From: Oculatellaceae cyanobacterium bins.114
Lineage (GTDB): Bacteria > Cyanobacteriota > Cyanobacteriia > Elainellales > Elainellaceae
Assembly: GCA_033764315.1 (NCBI GenBank)
Contig: JANRJA010000089.1
Coordinates: 1-18,313 of the forward strand
Direction: 5' to 3'
DNA: 18,313 nucleotides
Positions 16,640-18,313 of this stretch are shown piece by piece (the stretch's first letter is position 1; each line of letters begins with the position of its first letter). Made by a program: the position numbers and the translations under genes. The notes beneath the pieces were generated by a model that worked only from the letters and a program-made list of their open reading frames with translations, had not been told where the DNA came from and ran no database searches.

Positions 16640-17206
16640 CTATCTTGCTGCTAGGATTGCTTGCAATCGGGTGTAGCCAATCTGGCAGGCGGAGTAGTCA
16701 CAGGACTTGAGATACTCCAGTGGATGCCACTCGTTGCGGCTAATCGACTCAAAATAACTGCCATCCTGAGGTGGTTCATCAGGGGTCATCCCTGTGACAT
16801 CCGCGTAATAGAGGTAACAAATCTCATTCGTTTGGGTGCCGACGATATAGTGACCCAGCGATTTCACCTGAATAGTGTATCCCCCTTCTTCGTAGGCTTC
16901 TCGCACTGCCGTCACCTCAGGCGATTCCCCTTCCTCGATCGCCCCTGTAATGGGGCAGGGAAACAACTTCAACATGCCATCGATTTCAATGTTGTCGATA
17001 CACAACGGTTGCTGCCGAATCAATACGTCATATTGCCCCAAAGCCTCTGCCCTTTTTCTGACCAGAAACACGCCAATTGAGTCTTTGCCCCTGCGCTCAA
17101 AGTATTGAAACCCTCTGGAACTTTCGCGGATAACAAACCATTTGGCACTGAAAATAACTCGATCTGGATTCATGGCTTGGCTCAGGCTTACCGAATTCTC
17201 AGGCAA
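16640..17206 (-). CDS. Nudix hydrolase
   Basis: Nudix box GAIEEGESPEVTAVREAYEEGG (GX5EX7REUXEEXG). Start is either TTG 17206 or ATG 17173. Confidence 0.9.
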   Translation of the reverse strand: MPENSVSLSQAMNPDRVIFSAKWFVIRESSRGFQYFERRGKDSIGVFLVRKRAEALGQYDVLIRQQPLCIDNIEIDGMLKLFPCPITGAIEEGESPEVTAVREAYEEGGYTIQVKSLGHYIVGTQTNEICYLYYADVTGMTPDEPPQDGSYFESISRNEWHPLEYLKSCDYSACQIGYTRLQAILAAR

Positions 17207-17244
17207 TCATAGCAGGGCGATCGCCCTCATTCCTTTGACATTTG

Positions 17245-17685
17245 TTACTCAGAGTTTTGTTCTAGAAGGTTAACTACCGCTTCGCTGCTTAGCACCTGAA
17301 AAGGTAGATTGGGTAGCTCAACCAGGAAATGGCGATTTTCGGAGACAAAGAAGCGTACTTGAGCTACTTCTAAATGAGCAGCAATAACCGCATCTCCCTT
17401 TTTTGCCCCTCGTTTTTCCCACTGTTTGATTAAGTCTTGTGGAGCAGGTTTATAGTCCCACTGAATCGCCTTTGACTTATTCAAGGCTAGAAATAAACCT
17501 CGCATCTCATCAAAACTGAGGTTGCGTTGCAGTTCGATAAGAACCTGCAAGGGCATATAGATCTGAAGCTCAGGCAATTTGTTAAAGAGCAAAGTCTCGC
17601 AAGCAGGATAGTTAGCATCCCGACGTAGCGCAAAAATAAATTCATTGGTATCTAGGGCTATGACTTCATTCAGGATAGAGTTCAT
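17245..17685 (-). CDS. PIN-domain protein (VapC-like putative toxin)
   Basis: IALDTN, VLIEL, KKGDAVIAA, FFVSENRHF: the PIN-fold acidic residue pattern. Confidence 0.82.
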   Translation of the reverse strand: MNSILNEVIALDTNEFIFALRRDANYPACETLLFNKLPELQIYMPLQVLIELQRNLSFDEMRGLFLALNKSKAIQWDYKPAPQDLIKQWEKRGAKKGDAVIAAHLEVAQVRFFVSENRHFLVELPNLPFQVLSSEAVVNLLEQNSE

Positions 17686-17974
17686 GCGCTACCTGTTCTC
17701 GAAGTCTCTGAAGATCTTGCAAAATTTCGCTGGACGATTGGTTACGCTTATTGGCTTGCGAGAGGCGATCGCAATATTGCTTGGAAACCCACTCAAACAT
17801 TTGTCTCACTGTTGAATGAGTATTTAAGCCCTCAACAATCAATGAACTCAACACATCTTCAACGCCTCGTTGTTCATGGCTGGCTGTCTGAGCAACCCGC
17901 TGATAGACTTCCTCTGAAATCAGCAGTGTGACTTGTCTCGTCTGGTTGGGGTTACTCTGATCAGGGCTATTCAT
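17666..17974 (-). CDS. Putative antitoxin with RHH-like N-terminus
   Basis: RQVTLLISEEVYQRVAQTASHEQRGVEDVLSSLIVEGL fits a strand-helix-helix pattern. Upstream of, and overlapping by 20 nt, the PIN gene. Confidence 0.7.
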   Translation of the reverse strand: MNSPDQSNPNQTRQVTLLISEEVYQRVAQTASHEQRGVEDVLSSLIVEGLNTHSTVRQMFEWVSKQYCDRLSQANKRNQSSSEILQDLQRLREQVAHELYPE

Positions 17975-18084
17975 GGGATAACGCCTCTTTGCCGCTTACT
18001 GCTCAGTGTAGCTTGTAGTTGATGGGAGAGGGCGATCGCCCCTTCGGAGGAACTACTTCGCATCGCCCCTGTTCTCTCCCAATC

Positions 18085-18111
18085 TCCCCGGCTTTTTGAA
18101 AAAGCCGGGGA
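18085..18111. repeat. REP-like hairpin, likely also a terminator
   Basis: TCCCCGGCTTTT-TGA-AAAAGCCGGGGA, about 15 bp after the stop of the minus-strand gene. Resembles the cyanobacterial AGATCCCCGACTTC...GAAGTCGGGGATCT repeat. Confidence 0.7.
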
Positions 18112-18126
18112 TCTGACCTCGCTGAC

Positions 18127-18312
18127 CTACCCTGCTGGAAGCTCAACTCCCATCGACCGAAGAGTTGCTCCAATCAGCCACCCTAACCCTAAGCCTATAA
18201 GTGAAACACCACCCAAAATCAGAAAAGTTTGCAGCTTATTGAAATAGTTTAATAATTCAATTCCAGCCCCAGTCTCAGCCACAGCTACACCTACAGCCCC
18301 AGTCGCATCCCT
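18127..18312 (-). CDS. 3' end of a membrane protein (partial; runs off the window end)
   Basis: Open frame RDATGAVGVAVAETGAGIELLNYFNKLQTFLILGGVSLIGLGLGWLIGATLRSMGVELPAG* with a clear C-terminal TM helix. Confidence 0.7.
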   Translation of the reverse strand, partial: RDATGAVGVAVAETGAGIELLNYFNKLQTFLILGGVSLIGLGLGWLIGATLRSMGVELPAG

Positions 18313-18313
18313 A

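Larger units (their letters stand above)
770..18039. repeat. Dispersed HIP1 octamers (GCGATCGC)
   Basis: About 34 copies by manual count, e.g. 770, 985, 1320, 1575, 3915, 8611, 10852, 12509, 16231, 17217, 18032. None seen between 1583 and 3914. Confidence 0.95.

Noticed and set aside
1083-17080. Remaining short ORFs nested in or antisense to the called genes (e.g. 1083-2045, 3836-4363, 4961-5926, 9605-10127, 11161-12101, 12915-15213, 16525-17080)
   Set aside because: They overlap well-supported genes and show no recognisable motifs.
16321-17974. Four-gene anti-phage system (RHH, PIN, Nudix, 78-aa protein)
   Set aside because: Co-orientation is the only support; no known defence architecture is recognised and the repeat boundaries separate the TA pair from the Nudix gene.

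Overview
This is a mostly core-genome window from a cyanobacterium: about 34 hand-counted HIP1 octamers (GCGATCGC), psbI, a cyanobacteriochrome kinase and cyanobacterial-type small repeats. A filamentous lineage is inferred, not shown. Gene order: 5' end of an AcrB-type RND permease and its membrane-fusion protein; a 1.4 kb AT-rich, HIP1-free, repeat-rich region holding a 67-aa ORF; RNase D; CAP/SCP protein; trpB; SUI1/YciH; PlsC-like acyltransferase; PAS-GAF(DXCF)-GAF histidine kinase; hemE; psbI (missed by the ORF track); a DUF3769/LptD-like protein; two hypotheticals; a Nudix hydrolase; an RHH/PIN toxin-antitoxin-like pair; and the 3' end of a membrane protein. I see no large novel multi-gene system. 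The best leads are small-scale: (1) an NsiR1-like sRNA with a DIF1-like promoter at 10904-10986; (2) an orphan, synonymously diverged copy of the MFP 3' end; (3) an NtcA box followed by a structured leader and the 67-aa ORF; (4) a DnaD-like domain in a hypothetical protein; (5) a TA-like module bracketed by 13-bp HIP1-containing direct repeats; (6) a 119-bp MITE-like element. Family motifs are recalled from memory and were not searched.
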